Origin: Eledone cirrhosa
Lineage: Eukaryota
Reading direction: 5' to 3'
Assembly: GCA_964016885.1 (NCBI GenBank)
Contig: OZ024742.1
Coordinates: 139,748,001-139,812,000, forward strand
DNA length: 64,000 bases
A program made the position numbers and the translations under genes. The notes under the pieces are model-generated. The model searched no databases. It saw only the letters and a list, made by a program, of their open reading frames with translations, and was not told the origin of the DNA. Shown piece by piece: positions 30,562 through 49,747 of the stretch (position 1 is the stretch's first letter; every line of letters begins with the position of its first letter).

Positions 30562-31565
30562 AGGTAAAGTAGCGTCGGACACCATGCTTTCCAGCATATA
30601 GTTACTTCCCTTTACGAACTGAGTTCAAATCCCGCCGAGGTTAACTTTGCCTTTCATCCTTACGGAGTCGATAAAATAAAGTACCAGTAATGCACTGGGA
30701 CAATTGCTGGCCTTGTGCCAAAAGTAGAAACAATTATTGTCGGTTCTCTCCACGAGTGAACCTCGTTTTGTTCGAATTGTTAAATGTTTATTTTTTTAGT
30801 TTTGTTATAACTTCTTCGCACACAAAAACCGACATCTGTGCCGTGTTTATTGTTCTTTTAATGTCAGTCCTGTTTGACTAATCCTTATCATTATTATTAC
30901 GTTACAAAATGACGGTGGATTGGCAGTATCGGTAGAGAGTCGGACACCATGCTGTGCGGCATAGAGTTATAGTCCTTTACGTTCTGAGTTCAAATCCCGC
31001 CGTGGTTAACTTTACCCTTCATCCTTACGGGGTCGATAAAATAAAGTACCAGTAATGCACTGTAAAATTGCTGGCCTTGTGCCTAAAGTAGAAACAATTA
31101 TTATTGCGTTACAAAATGGCGGTGGATTGGCAGTCCCGGTAGAGTGTTGGACACCATGCTGTGCGACATATAGTTATGTCCATTTACGTTCTGAGTTCAA
31201 ATCCTGCCGAGGTTAGCTTTGCCTTTCATCCTTACAGGGTCGATAAAATGAAGTACCAGTAACGCACTGGGTAGATTTAATCGATTTTCCCCTCCCCCAC
31301 AAAAATTGTTGGCCTTGTGCTTCATCAGAAACAACTACTATTGCTTTACCAATGGCGTTAAATTGGCAGTATCAGTAGAACGTCGGACAACAGGTTTAGC
31401 GGCATATAGTTACACCCCTTTACGTTCTGAGCTCAAATCATGTCGAGGTTAGCTTTGCCTTTCATCCTTCGAGGCCAATAAAATAAAGTATCAGTAACGC
31501 ACTAGTGTCGACTGTCACCTCCCATCAAATTGTTGCCCTTGTGCCTAAATCAGAAACAATTATAA
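30562..31565 (+). mobile_element. Cluster of four tRNA-derived SINE copies
   Basis: gagttcaaatcccgccgaggttaactttgcctttcatcc..gtcgataaaataaagtaccag repeated; partial copies at 53290-53405 and 54290-54396. Confidence 0.8.
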
Positions 31566-32427
31566 TTGCTTTACCATAAGCCAGTTCTAATCGAGCGGAT
31601 TTATTATCATAGTTCTTGCAGTGACCATCCCATCTTATTTTGTGGCATATTGTAACTAAAAATATATTGCCATTTTTATTTTATTGTCTATCAGAGCGAA
31701 ACTATGATCACAAAAGTTCCAGCTGTGACCATCCCGTCTTATTTTGAGATATAATGTTTATAGAAAAATATTGTCATTGTTATTATGTAGCCCTAAGTCA
31801 GCCCTAATTGAGCAGACATATGATCAATGATCAAAAACATCCCAGGCATAAATTTCCTGCCTATTTTATATCCAATGAACCTTTTTTAAAACAGTAAGGT
31901 GTGATTTGAGGGAGATTTGACTGTCATTTCTAGCAGATGAGTTGACTGTTATCTACATCTTCCTTCCAACCTCATTTGTTCGTAGAAGTATTATATCAAC
32001 GCGACCCAAAAATTGTTGGATGCCCTTATGGCTTAACGTATAACATATTTAGGAGTAATTTACAGTTATTAGATACTTATTAAAATGTTACCTTCGCAAC
32101 CCTTTCAGAATGCTACCGTGACCTAATTTGGTGGCGTCGCCACCCGTAGTTTGGTACCCACTGGACTAATGTTATACAGAGTATAGTACAAGGCTGGGGG
32201 TGTGGGGAAAGGAGTAATGTTGAAACTAGCACTGATCTAAAGCTGTCGCTCTATGATGTCTGACTAGAATAGTATCATGGTGGTGGTGGTGATGGAAGAG
32301 GTGGGGCAGTGATGGAGGTTATGGTGTAGTGATGTTCCTATTGAGGAGATGGGCGGGAAGAAAGACGTATGATAATCAGCCGATGCCTTTTTCTTGTATT
32401 CGTTTACTTGTTTCAGTTCTGAGACTG

Positions 32428-32812
32428 CGGCCATGCGATAAAGTTGTTGGACTTACGATCATAATGTAGTGGGTTCGATTCTTGGACTGGGTTGTATGTT
32501 GTGTTCTTGAGCAAAACACTTCATTTCATGTAGCCTAGTGGTAAGGTTGTTTGACTTACGATCATAATGTCGTGGGTTCGATTCTTGGACTAGGTTGTAT
32601 GTTGTGTTCTTGAGCAAAACATTTCATTTCACATTGATCCAATATATTTAGCTGAAAATGAATACCAGTAATAGCTAGGAGTTTAACCCTGCGATGGGCT
32701 GGCGTCATGTTTAGGGGGTAGTCTAGTACACTCAGTCGCCTAACGCCTCGGAAACCGGGATAGGCACCGACCTGATGAGCTTCCGGGCTCGAGACAGTCG
32801 TTAGAGTTGGAC
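32428..32812 (+). mobile_element. tRNA-derived SINE with duplicated head
   Basis: gggttcgattc B-box twice; body as in 33403-33680. Confidence 0.75.
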
Positions 32813-32929
32813 ATGCTAAGCCTCGGCCATGTATGTATAAGTATATAACATATTTATATTATGTATTGTATCATATATAATCGCTACCCACATCGAAGTT
32901 CTTAAAATAGCTGAGGTCACAAATTCGAA

Positions 32930-34230
32930 AGCATGCTGTTAAAGACGCGGCTGCGCTGGGAAAGACATGTTGCCCGAATGGAGAAACATCCGTTGACTAA
33001 TATATATGGTAAACTGTCATCTTTGAAGCACCGCTGGCAAAATCTTCACCCGCCTTCTTTTGAACAGGTTACTCCTATAGGCAGATAATGTTGTTCCTAA
33101 ACAATCATGACTTCGACCTTCCAAAAGTATTGTTGACATGAGTTTCTGTGCACAACACCAAGAAGAAAGTTGAGGGCAATAGCAAACACTGCTGCTTATT
33201 TTCTGGAGCCTACAAACGTATTTAACAAAATGCCAAAACCAGTAATTTAGGCAACATAAACCTCATATGGTGGTCCTGCACAATTTATGTCTCTTGTCCT
33301 CTTCTTGCATTATACCATACTTAGAAAGGGTTGTCAAGGTACCTTGTCTGATCCTTTCTTTATTACTGGTGGTTTGAAACAATGTTATGTATGGCCAGCA
33401 ACTCTGTTTACGGAGCCTAATGATTAGGATGATTGAGATACGATCGTGATGTCGTCGGTTCGATTCCTGCGTTGTTGTCTTGTGCAAAACACTTTATTTC
33501 ACGTTACTCCAGTACACTCAGTTGAGAAGAGTACCAGCAGTAGCTGGGTAGTTAAATCTGCGATAGACTGGCCTCATATCCAGGAAGAGTCTTGTACTCT
33601 CAGTCGCTTAACGCCAAGGAAACCGAGGATAAGCAGTCCTGATGAGCTTTCGGCTTAAAGAAGGCTTTAACTTTAACTAACAATGATCAACGAGTTGCCA
33701 CTATATACTCCTTGTATAGGCTTGATGGTGAGTTGTTCAATCTCCTCCGAATCTGCTCCAGTATAGAAAGTATACTGTTAACAGGTATGTGAGAAACATA
33801 TATGCAGATGATAATGCATCAACAACAAACAGTGAAGCTGCTTTTCAAAGGACGACAGACACATACACAGAAGCTTATAAGCGTCAATGATGACAAAGCA
33901 AAGATTTTAATCCCGTCAAAGTCTGGATATAGCGCTCCAGTTGTCGACGTGCACATATGAATCCATTCAGTCGAAACTGTAGACCAATTTTCTTATCCTG
34001 ATTTCATCTTGGTCCCATTTTGGCAAACGAAAATAATTTTAAAAAGGGCATTAATAATAGAATTAAGGCTGTCCACAGTGCATATGGCAGGCTAGAACAC
34101 CGAGTCTTTGCCAATCATGGTCTCAATCCCAAAAGGAAAGTCATGGTCTTTAAAAGTCTTTAAATATATACCATAATACAGCATCTGACAAAGTGCACAT
34201 TTTTCAATACAGACGCATAGAGAGACTGAC
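32930..34230 (+). pseudogene. Decayed RTE-clade LINE fragments interrupted by a SINE
   Basis: Manual translations: RLRWERHVARM..IYGKL (32948); FRPSKSIVDMSFCAQ..IFLEPTNVFN (about 33110); YADD (33801); RIKAVHSAYGRLEHRVF (about 34058). Confidence 0.7.
33403..33680 (+). mobile_element. tRNA-derived SINE
   Basis: ggagcctaatgatt A-box-like and ggttcgattcc B-box; (TTTAAC)-like tail. Confidence 0.7.
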
Positions 34231-34320
34231 TAACTAACAAGTAGAGAACTTACTAATGACAAAAGGCCTCTTTGTGCACTCGTGGTGGATAAACTTATTG
34301 ATACCCGATTTCTGTGTGTC

Positions 34321-34421
<101 letters not shown>

Positions 34422-34450
34422 GTATATATGTATATATATATGTATATATG

Positions 34451-34561
<111 letters not shown>

Positions 34562-35192
34562 GTATATATATGTATATATATATATGTTGGTGCTACTGGT
34601 AACATGTATCCCAGTACAACCTGTCTCATGGTCGGGTCGTTGGCGACTAAACTGGCAACCCCACCAAGGTTTCTTGGTGAGGAGGGTGACTTTGGACATC
34701 CTGCAGGACTAAAAACAAAACCTGTCAAAGGGCAAAGGAGCTCTTAAGAGTCAATGGCCATCCAAAATCACCGGGAGAGATGACCCCTTAGCCTTTGTCA
34801 AGGCAGAATTCTAGGAGAAGGAAAACTCTGATATAACACCTGCAACCCTGATGGTATCCAATGATGTTGACTTGTTCTTCTTTTTGGTAAATATCATCTT
34901 GGTTAAGAGAGTGGGACTGGCTTTGTGCAGTGCCTTTGCTCACTATAAAAGCTTCACGGCACAGGCATTGCTTTATATCTGGAGATCTCTCTGCACTTGT
35001 CGTCACATGGTACCATGGGCCCAACACTATGTGTCAATAATTGTCACAAGTGTAGTCTTTGTACCAGAGTTTTCAAGTCGCTGGCTGGACTAAAAAGTCA
35101 CACTCGTTCAGCGCATCAGTAGGGGTTCTCCTACATGGATATAAAGTAGTGGCCGTACTCGAAAACGAGTTGGCAGCCACCATATATATATG

Positions 35193-35335
<143 letters not shown>

Positions 35336-35359
35336 AAACTATGTTTATTCCCTTATATA

Positions 35360-35557
<198 letters not shown>

Positions 35558-35584
35558 AAGAAACTATGTTTATTCCCTTATATA

Positions 35585-35668
<84 letters not shown>

Positions 35669-35761
35669 AAGAAACTATGTTTATTCCCTTTCAGAAACTA
35701 ATTAGTTGGAGTGAAATTTTAGTAAGTAAGTTAATTTTTATAATTTTCTTATTTTACGTCC

Positions 35762-36444
<683 letters not shown>

Positions 36445-36501
36445 GTATATATATATATGTATATATATATATGTATATATATATATGTATATATATATAT
36501 G

Positions 36502-36641
<140 letters not shown>

Positions 36642-36671
36642 TATGTATATATATATATGTATATATATATG

Positions 36672-36806
<135 letters not shown>

Positions 36807-36883
36807 GTATATATATATATATGTATATATATATGTATATATATATATATGTATATATATATAGATGTATATATATATATATG

Positions 36884-36930
<47 letters not shown>

Positions 36931-36968
36931 GTATATATATATATGTATATATATATGTATATATATAT

Positions 36969-37869
36969 AAACAATTAAGTTAAAAAATGTACATCTACAT
37001 ATGCATACGGAAATACTAGTATGCATATGAATACACACACGTATACATATGTAGATGTACCAAGTCTTTCACTGGTTACTTTACTGTGAGTAATCCAGCT
37101 ATTCTGTATGTAAACACACAGACAAACCGGTTTTTAGAGTCATACTGGTTTTCGAGGAAACACCTTTCCTCTATTCTACAGAAAGCCAGACAAGGAATAT
37201 TGAACTAGTTTCGTTGTTGTTACAACTCATCAGCAATATTTACCTATCTACCGGCCTTTCTGGAGAATTGTAAAAGCACATATCGTTATATGCTTTTTCT
37301 ATGAAAATTAGTAGTGGGCAGACTAATTTGCATAGAGTGTGAGTACGTACCGGTTCAACGGAGACGATAAAAACAAATAACGAAACGAAATTAAATTTCG
37401 TTTCGTTTGTAACTCACTTTTGTATGACTGACGCTTAAACAATTAAGTTAAAAAATGTACATCTACATATGCATACTGAAATACTAGTATGCATATGAAT
37501 ACACACACGTATACACGGTAGATAGGTAAATATTGCTGATGAGTTGTAACAACAACGAAACTAGTTCAATATTCCTTGTCTGGCTTTCTGTAGAATAGAG
37601 GAAAGGTGTTTCCTCGAAAACCAGTATGACTCTAAAAACCGGTTTGTCTGTGTGTTTACATACAGAATAGCTGGATTACTCACAGTAAAGTAACCAGTGA
37701 AACACTTGGTACATCTACATATGTATACGTGTGTGTATTCATATGCATACTAGTATTTCAGTATGCATATGTAGATGTACATTTTTTAACTTAATTGTTT
37801 AAGCGTCAGTCATACAAAAGTGAGTTACAAACGAAACGAAATTTAATTTCGTTTCGTTATTTGTTTTTA
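36969..37869. mobile_element. Retrozyme-like family C: 468-bp HHR unit, fold-back
   Basis: aaacaattaagtt at 36969 and 37437; inversion at about 37516; HHR at 37196-37240 (-) and 37529-37573 (+); (TA)n on both sides. Confidence 0.88.
37529..37573 (+). ncRNA. Type I hammerhead ribozyme, family C
   Basis: aatattg-CTGATGA-gttg TAACAA caac-GAAA-ctag-TT-caatatt. Confidence 0.92.
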
Positions 37870-37897
37870 TATATATATATATGTATATATATATATG

Positions 37898-38056
<159 letters not shown>

Positions 38057-38059
38057 ATA

Positions 38060-38098
<39 letters not shown>

Positions 38099-38105
38099 GT
38101 ATATA

Positions 38106-41754
<3,649 letters not shown>

Positions 41755-41796
41755 GTATATATATATATGTATATATGTATATATATTATATATATG

Positions 41797-41917
<121 letters not shown>

Positions 41918-41950
41918 GTATATATATATATGTTTATATATATATATATG

Positions 41951-42147
<197 letters not shown>

Positions 42148-42151
42148 ATAT

Positions 42152-42183
<32 letters not shown>

Positions 42184-42186
42184 GTA

Positions 42187-42241
<55 letters not shown>

Positions 42242-42284
42242 GTATATATATATGTATATATATATATGTGTATATATATATATA

Positions 42285-42358
<74 letters not shown>

Positions 42359-42390
42359 AGAACAAAAGATGGTTAAAAGAGTTCCATGTA

Positions 42391-42457
42391 TTTTATTATG
42401 CGCATTTCAAAAACAAATATCATCATGCAATAATATTTGTGTTTTCATCAGATAAAA
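42391..42457 (-). ncRNA. Hammerhead ribozyme of PLE family 4
   Basis: ttttat-CTGATGA-long stem II-GAAA-tgcgca-TA-ataaaa; homolog at 54180-54246 (+). Confidence 0.85.
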
Positions 42458-43403
42458 GAGGAAGACATGATATGAAGGTTAAAAAACACTTGTGGATAGT
42501 GCAGTTTTAAATCAACATATGAAAAGTAGTTTTAGATTGATGTGTGATATTGGGAAAAATATTTTATTTTGAGGGGGGGGGGGGGTGAAAAAGAGGAGGA
42601 GATGAGAGTAAAAAGTGGAGCAGGAGGAGTATAATGAGGAAGGATGAGATAGGAGGAGAGATGGGTGATAGAGAGAGAGAGATAGCTTTTATAACTGAGA
42701 AAGATATATTGTTTTACATAGAGAGGTTGAAAACCGTTGGAAGATAATGTATAAATTAAAAGAATTTGAAAATTAACGAAGAGAAAAATAACGAAGAGAA
42801 AAATAATGTAAAGTTAAGGTTTGTATATTGAGGGGTTTAATAATATGTGCGATGAAAAGAAAATGTTAATATGTATTAAGAATAATATTTAAGGGTTTAA
42901 TAACATGTGCGATGGAAAAGAAAAAGTTAATATGTATTAAGAATGATATTAAGGGTTTAATAATATGTGCGATGGAAAGAAAATGTTGATATGTATTATT
43001 AAGAAGAACAACAGGTAATTTAAGTAATGATATATTGTGAGATGAGCATGAATGAGTTAGATGAAAGGGAGAAAAAAATAATGAATTGAGGATGAATAAT
43101 CTAACGTCAAAAAAATGTTTGTTTACGAAGGATTTTTACAAGGTGATATAGAGTAAGAATGTATTGTATTATGTAATAATTGATTCTATGTTAGGCAACA
43201 GTGAGAAAAGGTACAGATTAGGGGTTAGACATTAAAAGAAAAAGAGAAGAAAGGGAAGTGATAAATAGGAGCGATATAGAATGAGTAACAAGTATTATAG
43301 AATGTATAATAACCTTTGAAATAAGGTAGAAAGATGGGTATATTTTTAAAGAAGTGTATATATATGTGCCTTTGAGAAAAAGATTCTAAATTGATAAAGA
43401 ATA

Positions 43404-44810
43404 TTAGCTGTATACTTTGTGGAATGTTTTGTGGAATTTATGCAAGCAGATAGAAAACAAGTCAGTGCGTCTATTTATTATAGAATCTAAATTAGATATA
43501 ATTGTAAATTTTTCATTTAGACAGAGATTGCAAATTTTGGATAGAGAACTGTTCAAGTATGGAGACGCAGAAGAAACCTTCTTCCAGAAGATACTATATT
43601 TAATATTTTTGTCTTTCAAGGACCATATGAGCTCTGAGAGAGCCGTGTTGGTTCTTTTAAGTTTGTATTTAAAAGACAAATGATGGTTATAAAGACGAGC
43701 TTTAAAAGAGGTGGAAGTGGAGCCAAAATAGGTGAAGGAATTGGTGTCAGTTATAACTTTACATTCGTAAATTAAGTTTTTATCAAGACAATGGTTGTTG
43801 AGAGGACATTTATTTTTAACAGGGCAATTGCAATTGCGATTAGAGAGATTATTAACGTGTAACCTAGTGTTATCTATAGAAGGAATTGGATTGGAGAAGT
43901 TATTTGCGATAGGAATAATAGTTTCTTGATTTAGAATGGGATTAAGAACATTTAGCGAAGTTGTGTTTGACGTTGTATTTGGGTTTGCAGAAATTAGCCT
44001 AGGGTTTACAATGACGTCGGGAGTACTATTATTATGATATTCAGTGTTGGAAGGAAGAGATTTAGTATTTAGTATTTTATTGTTGTGTTTAGAGATAATG
44101 TTGGAAATGTTGGAGGATGTAGAATAGGAAAATTTTATAGTGTGTTTGTTAAATATGTTACTATAGATATGTGAGGGGGGGGGGAGCATTCATTTAAGGC
44201 ACTAAAGAATAATTTAGGAATATTGTTATTAATAGAGATGGAGAAAGGAGCATTATACCAGATTATGTTTTTGTATCTAGGTCTTTTATTAAAGTTATTG
44301 GAATGATCATGATTAATTATTCTACTGTAAGTTCTTCTAGAATTTGTTTCTTTACTATATTTGATTTTATCAGGATAGCCGGCTTTAGAAAGCGCGTTAT
44401 TATAGTAATTGGCGTTAGCATCAAAGATGTTTTTATTAGAAGATAGGTTAGATATTCTTTTTCCAATATTACTAACTATAGCATTCTTGATATTAGTAGG
44501 ATGGTTAGATTTAAAGTTAACATAATTTAGGTTCTCATTGTTTTTATGGTAAGGGTAATATAGGCCAGTGTCAAGATTAAGAGATACATCCAAGAAATTA
44601 GCTAGTTTGATGCTGTTATCAAATTCAATGTTTAGGTTATGTTGGTTAAAGAGATTACGTATATTGTTCTTAATAATATTAAGGTTAACTATGTTGCAAT
44701 TTAAGATAGTAAAGAGTCCATCGTCACGATAAATTCCACCGCGAAGTTGAGGAATTTTCCGACTCAAAGAGTTCAAAATAAAGATACCAATTAAATCTGT
44801 CAATTGGGCT
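43404..44810 (-). pseudogene. PLE RT C-terminal half + GIY-YIG, frameshift at homopolymer 44176-44185
   Basis: AQLTDLIGIF, GGIYRDD, FLDVSL, CPLNNHCL, YFGSTSTSFKARLYNH. Confidence 0.88.
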
Positions 44811-44870
44811 ACATATACATATATATATATATATATATAATGTATAAAAATCAATACAATATAATTACCT

Positions 44871-44934
44871 CATTACCAGAGGTTTCCCGAATGAGGCGAA
44901 TACGAAAGAAACGTCTTCATTCGTTCGTCAGACG
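44871..44934 (-). ncRNA. Isolated hammerhead motif (another family)
   Basis: cgt-CTGACGA-a-cgaatga..tcattcg-g-GAAA-cc tct gg-TA-atg, in a short island between (TA)n tracts. Confidence 0.65.
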
Positions 44935-45019
44935 AGGCAATATAAAACATGGCTAAATACTTGGAAAGTCTCATCAAGAAAAGCAAAAAAATTATATAAA
45001 TATAGACAAATGAATTATA

Positions 45020-45125
<106 letters not shown>

Positions 45126-47048
45126 GAGAGGGGGGGGGAGAACACACAAATTTTCCATACTTTTCGTAGGCTTTATGTATTTCACTCTAGTGGTTCTCTA
45201 CCCCTTGTAATTCAAAACATATTCTTTTGTGAGTTCTCCTCTATATATAATGAAGAGCCCGGTAATTATACCTTGAGCTCATTAAATTACAGGGAATTAA
45301 CGTGAGTCTTTTACTCCGTTTTTTTCATTTGATGTATATGTGTGTAAATGACAACCCACACAGTCACATAACTGCGACCTCCCCCACCCCCATTAATGTT
45401 TATGCCTTTTAATACGCCTTTTGTCTTCCATGAACGACTTCTAACTCAGTCTTATTGGGGGTCGCTCCTCTCAGGACGGGCTTAACTTGACAGCTAGTTG
45501 TACTCATTTCAACTGGCGACGGGTTTCAGATCTGTGTTATGGTAAAGTTCTAAATTAAACTTACTAAACCAAACAGAGTGGAACTATATTTTCTTTTGAA
45601 AATTTGTCACTGGGAAAACCATGGAGTATTGGATTAATCTTAAACCCTCAATCGTTCATATGAGATAAAAGCAGTGTTGTACTATACTTCAAAACATGGG
45701 GACTTTGAACATGTCGGACTCGTAGCATATGATACTCTTGCTACTAGATTAACCTTGCTCTCTATGTTTTATTACTATGCACGAAGAAAATAACAGAAGG
45801 TTCTTCACGTTTGCCCTGTGAGGCATATAATGTAGTTACACATATAAAATTGATTCTATATAAGTAGTAGCACTCGATGTTACTCAGATATTTCATGAAA
45901 GTAACAATAAATTTTTGAGCACGACGAATAAAGTAGATAGAATCTCTGTGCATCTCCTGAAACCAGATGAACTAATTAGTAAGTGTTTTGCAATAAACTA
46001 TTTTTTTTTTTGTAAATAAATGTCTCATTCAGTTTACTTTAGCCACATACAGAGATATCAGTAGCTGTATATTGAATAATGGACAACCGGTCCAACATAT
46101 AGCATATCTAGTTCAAATTTTAAATAAACTGCTTTCTTCTACTTTACTCATTCTAATTTTCTTACCTTACCACTCTCTTTTTCTTCCACTCTCTCTTTGG
46201 TGATGTGTGTCTCTCTTTCTCTATTAATCACTCGCGGTACTTGATTCGAATACAACTGAATTGTCAGAGATCGTGATAGCGTCAGATGAGTTAATTGCCC
46301 TGGAGTCGAACTATAATTTGTGAAACAGAATATCTAACCGCAGCCAGCTTTGAGTTCCAATATAACGAAACAAATGCCCCGTGATTATTCGAATAAAAAT
46401 CTGTTAAACTGTAATTTTGCTCGCTTATGTATAAATATATATATATATATTCTTTATTAACCATAATTAAGAATATTCAAATTCTACTTCGGTATTGAGT
46501 ACTCATTCTCACGTCCGTCAATAACATACGAATTCAGAAGCTCCCGATTAAGGGTGAAGGCAGATATTGTTTGCTTAAACTTTTAATCTGTGCTAATAAT
46601 AAATATTTGGTCATATATATATATGTGGTAATGATGTATCCTAGTTGGATAGTTTATCAATATAGACGTGGGGGAAAGTCCCTCGTCTATTTACCATTTT
46701 CGTAAGTGAGAGGATAGGTACTCCATAGAATTATAACAAGTGAGTGGGTGTGTGTGTAGACAAGATAATAACCACAACGAGAGTTCTATTCAACAATGTA
46801 AATAATGGTGATGTTTATTTTGTCTATCATGTGTTTATTATATTACAAATGAAACAACATACCAATATAGACGTGATCAGTTGTAGTGAAGGCAACGTAT
46901 TACAATTACAAAGGCTGTTTGGTGTCTCCGTGGCTTGTCTAATGTTTCGTGTTACAGAGGCTGTCTGCTGCTTACTTAAAAGGTGTTCTCAACCAGTGGA
47001 GACAACTAGGCCTGGTCCATTATCCGACATGGGGGCGTAAGGCGTCTT

Positions 47049-47086
<38 letters not shown>

Positions 47087-47429
47087 AAAAAATAGAGGTG
47101 TAAGACACGAGTTGTGATATATTAGCAAAAGGAAAAGAAAATGCTGACAAATTTTTCCCAGTGAAAAATAGTTTAATTAGGAATAAGGGCACTACAACGC
47201 TGTCAGTCGAAGCAGCCGATGAAAGCAAAACATCGTTTATGTCCGTATTACTACCACGCGTAAGTGGAGTTACTTAAATGAAATTTTTTTTTTTTCACGC
47301 GTTTTTTTTTTTTTTATTATTAAAGCATATATATGTAAGTGGAGTTACTTAAATGAAAATATAGGTGGCCCTTAAAAGGGCCAAATTAGAATATACCGCT
47401 GCGATTTTACAGTTTTACTAGTTACACAT

Positions 47430-47468
<39 letters not shown>

Positions 47469-47469
47469 C

Positions 47470-47549
47470 ACACGGTGTCCCCTCCAAAATAGTTACACAC
47501 TTTGATTACTTTGCTGTTGAAGTGTGTATACATTTTTTGGGACACTGTG
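47470..47549. mobile_element. Tiny mariner-type MITE
   Basis: TIRs cacggtgtccc..aaaat / atttt..gggacactgtg. Confidence 0.6.
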
Positions 47550-48442
47550 TGTGTATATATATATACATATATATATATATATTGGGGAAGGGAGAAATTT
47601 TTGGATGCTATACCTGACATAATAAAAAACCAAAATACACCCCTAACATTTGTCGGAATATCAATGACGAGAGTAGATAAATAAATATATAAATACATAA
47701 ATAAGAAATGATAGAAAAGGAAAAGAAAATCTCTACATTATGTAATATTCCCAGTCATCCCTAAATTTTCCCTAAATTTCAAAACCGGGAGGGAAAAGTC
47801 CGAGGGTTAAAATCCCAAATGATGGTACCTCAAATACTAGTGCATCCCTTCGCATTACAGTTTAAAGCAATACATATGATCGCTTTGATGACTCTTATTC
47901 GTTTCTAAGGGTCTCGTTTTTTTCTCTTCTTTCTATCATATATATATATATCGTTTCTGAATTTGTTTAGCAAGATTCTTTATCTGAAATCGTGTGTTGA
48001 AACCGATATTGTTATACTTTGGGAGGGTCATGTTGCCAATAAGAAACACATGCACCAGTTGCTTTCACTTCAATTTATTATATATTTATAAATTTATAAA
48101 TTTACAAACTTATAAATTTCTGGTTGGTTGGTTGGTTCCACAACCAGATAGTTGTTTATATATAGTCATAGTCCTTTCGTCACACACTCTGTGACCTCTT
48201 CAGTGACTGGGGATTCCTTTCTTTGTTTCTGTGCCTTTCCTTTCTTCTATCCTACGCCATTTTGTTTCTGTGTGTGTGTTGTGTGCTCAGTTTGCGCATG
48301 CGCCACATCCGGGTGTCTGTGTGTGTTTGTGTTCATTTATCTATTTGTTTATTTATTTATTTATTTATTTATTGTTGGTTGGTTGTTTGTTCTATGTGTG
48401 TGTGTGTTTTCATTTTGTCCTGTGTGTGTTTTCATTTTGTCC

Positions 48443-49735
48443 TTAATTGTAAGTTGTGATGTTGCTGTTCCACTCATATTTTCTATTTAATTTTGGTTTT
48501 AATTCTTTTATGCTTACTGCCTCTGTAATTTGCCTAAACATTGCGTCTTTTCTGTGTGTGGATTCTATTTTTATTTCTATGCTCTCTAATCTACCCCTGT
48601 GTTCTATCTTAGCATGTTGGTAGAGCACAGATGATTCTTTATTATCTTGGAGGTCTCGCCAGTGTTCATTTATTCGTTCCCCTATACTACGAGCTGTCTC
48701 ACCTATGTACACTATATTTTTGTTTCTACATTGTCCTTCAGTACATCTTATGCTATACACTACATTTCTAGTTTTACAGTTAATATGGGGGCTTATTTTA
48801 CAGGTTATACATTTCTTATCTATACATGAGGGTCTTTGGAACGGGTATGTCTTGCTAATAAGTGTTTTTACGGAGGTACCTGGTCTTTCTACTATCTTAA
48901 TATTGAGATTATGTTTATTTAGGGCCCTTCTAAATTTGTAGGCTAGTTCGCCTCTAGGGGTTGTATTGATGAACATTACACTCTGGTATTTATTGCTATC
49001 ATACCATGAGTTTATTCTATTGGCCTTGTTCCTAGTTCTTTCTATTCTATTCCAAAATTTGCTCCTATACAAGGGGCAGGTCCCATTTATGTCATTATTT
49101 ACCATTTTTTCCCATTTGGTTCTGGCTCCTTTATACACTCTGATTCTATCTCTCTGATTGTAGCCAGAGAACTGCATACGGTGGATGAAGTGTTGTATGT
49201 GTCTCTCTAGTTCTTCGAGGTTGCACATGCGGGACACATTTCTCATCACCCGTACCAAATCCGCAATCAGTATGTTGATTTTGGTATGGTCCGAAATGGC
49301 CGAGTTTCGGTGGATCAGCTGTTTGGAAGTCATGGGTTTGGCATAATGGGAATGGAGGATTTGTTTTTGGTTGTTAATGGTTTCTAACCAGAGCTCTGTG
49401 TCTAGTACAGGTAATCGATGGTTGGGGTGTCTACTTGGGTAGTCTATAGTAACTCTAATGCTCTGGTGGATGGAGTTTGCTATTTGCTGGATGCTTTCCA
49501 TTGTGTTTTTCTCTAGTTCCTGACTGTTCTTTAGTGGGGGTGTCTTAACTACGATGTTTATATCATCTACGTAGCGGGAGTACATTATCAGGGTTAAGCT
49601 GTCTTCTAATTGTTCATTAAGTTTTTGTTTAAGTCTACTGTCCCACCATACCATGAATAAGTTAGCTATGTCGCCTGCAATGCTAACACCAATGGCTGCT
49701 CCTTCCTCTTGGGCATATGTTTTACCATTAAATTT
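48443..49735 (-). pseudogene. 5'-truncated PLE RT/GIY-YIG ORF, uninterrupted arm
   Basis: GAAIGVSIAG, YSRYVDD, LPVLD, NCKTRNVVY, YIGETARSIGERINEH. Confidence 0.9.
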
Positions 49736-49747
49736 TACCATTAAATT

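Larger units (their letters stand above)
42357..44810 (-). mobile_element. Penelope-like retroelement, family 4 (family 1-related), 5'-truncated
   Basis: RT/GIY-YIG ORFs at 43404-44810; 3' UTR with about 59-bp tandem repeats (42830-43000); HHR at 42391-42457; (TA)n at both ends. Confidence 0.9.

Noticed and set aside
32770-32800. CTGATGA in SINE 3' regions (also 33639 and 30300) as a hammerhead
   Set aside because: No consistent GAAA or stems I/III across the three copies
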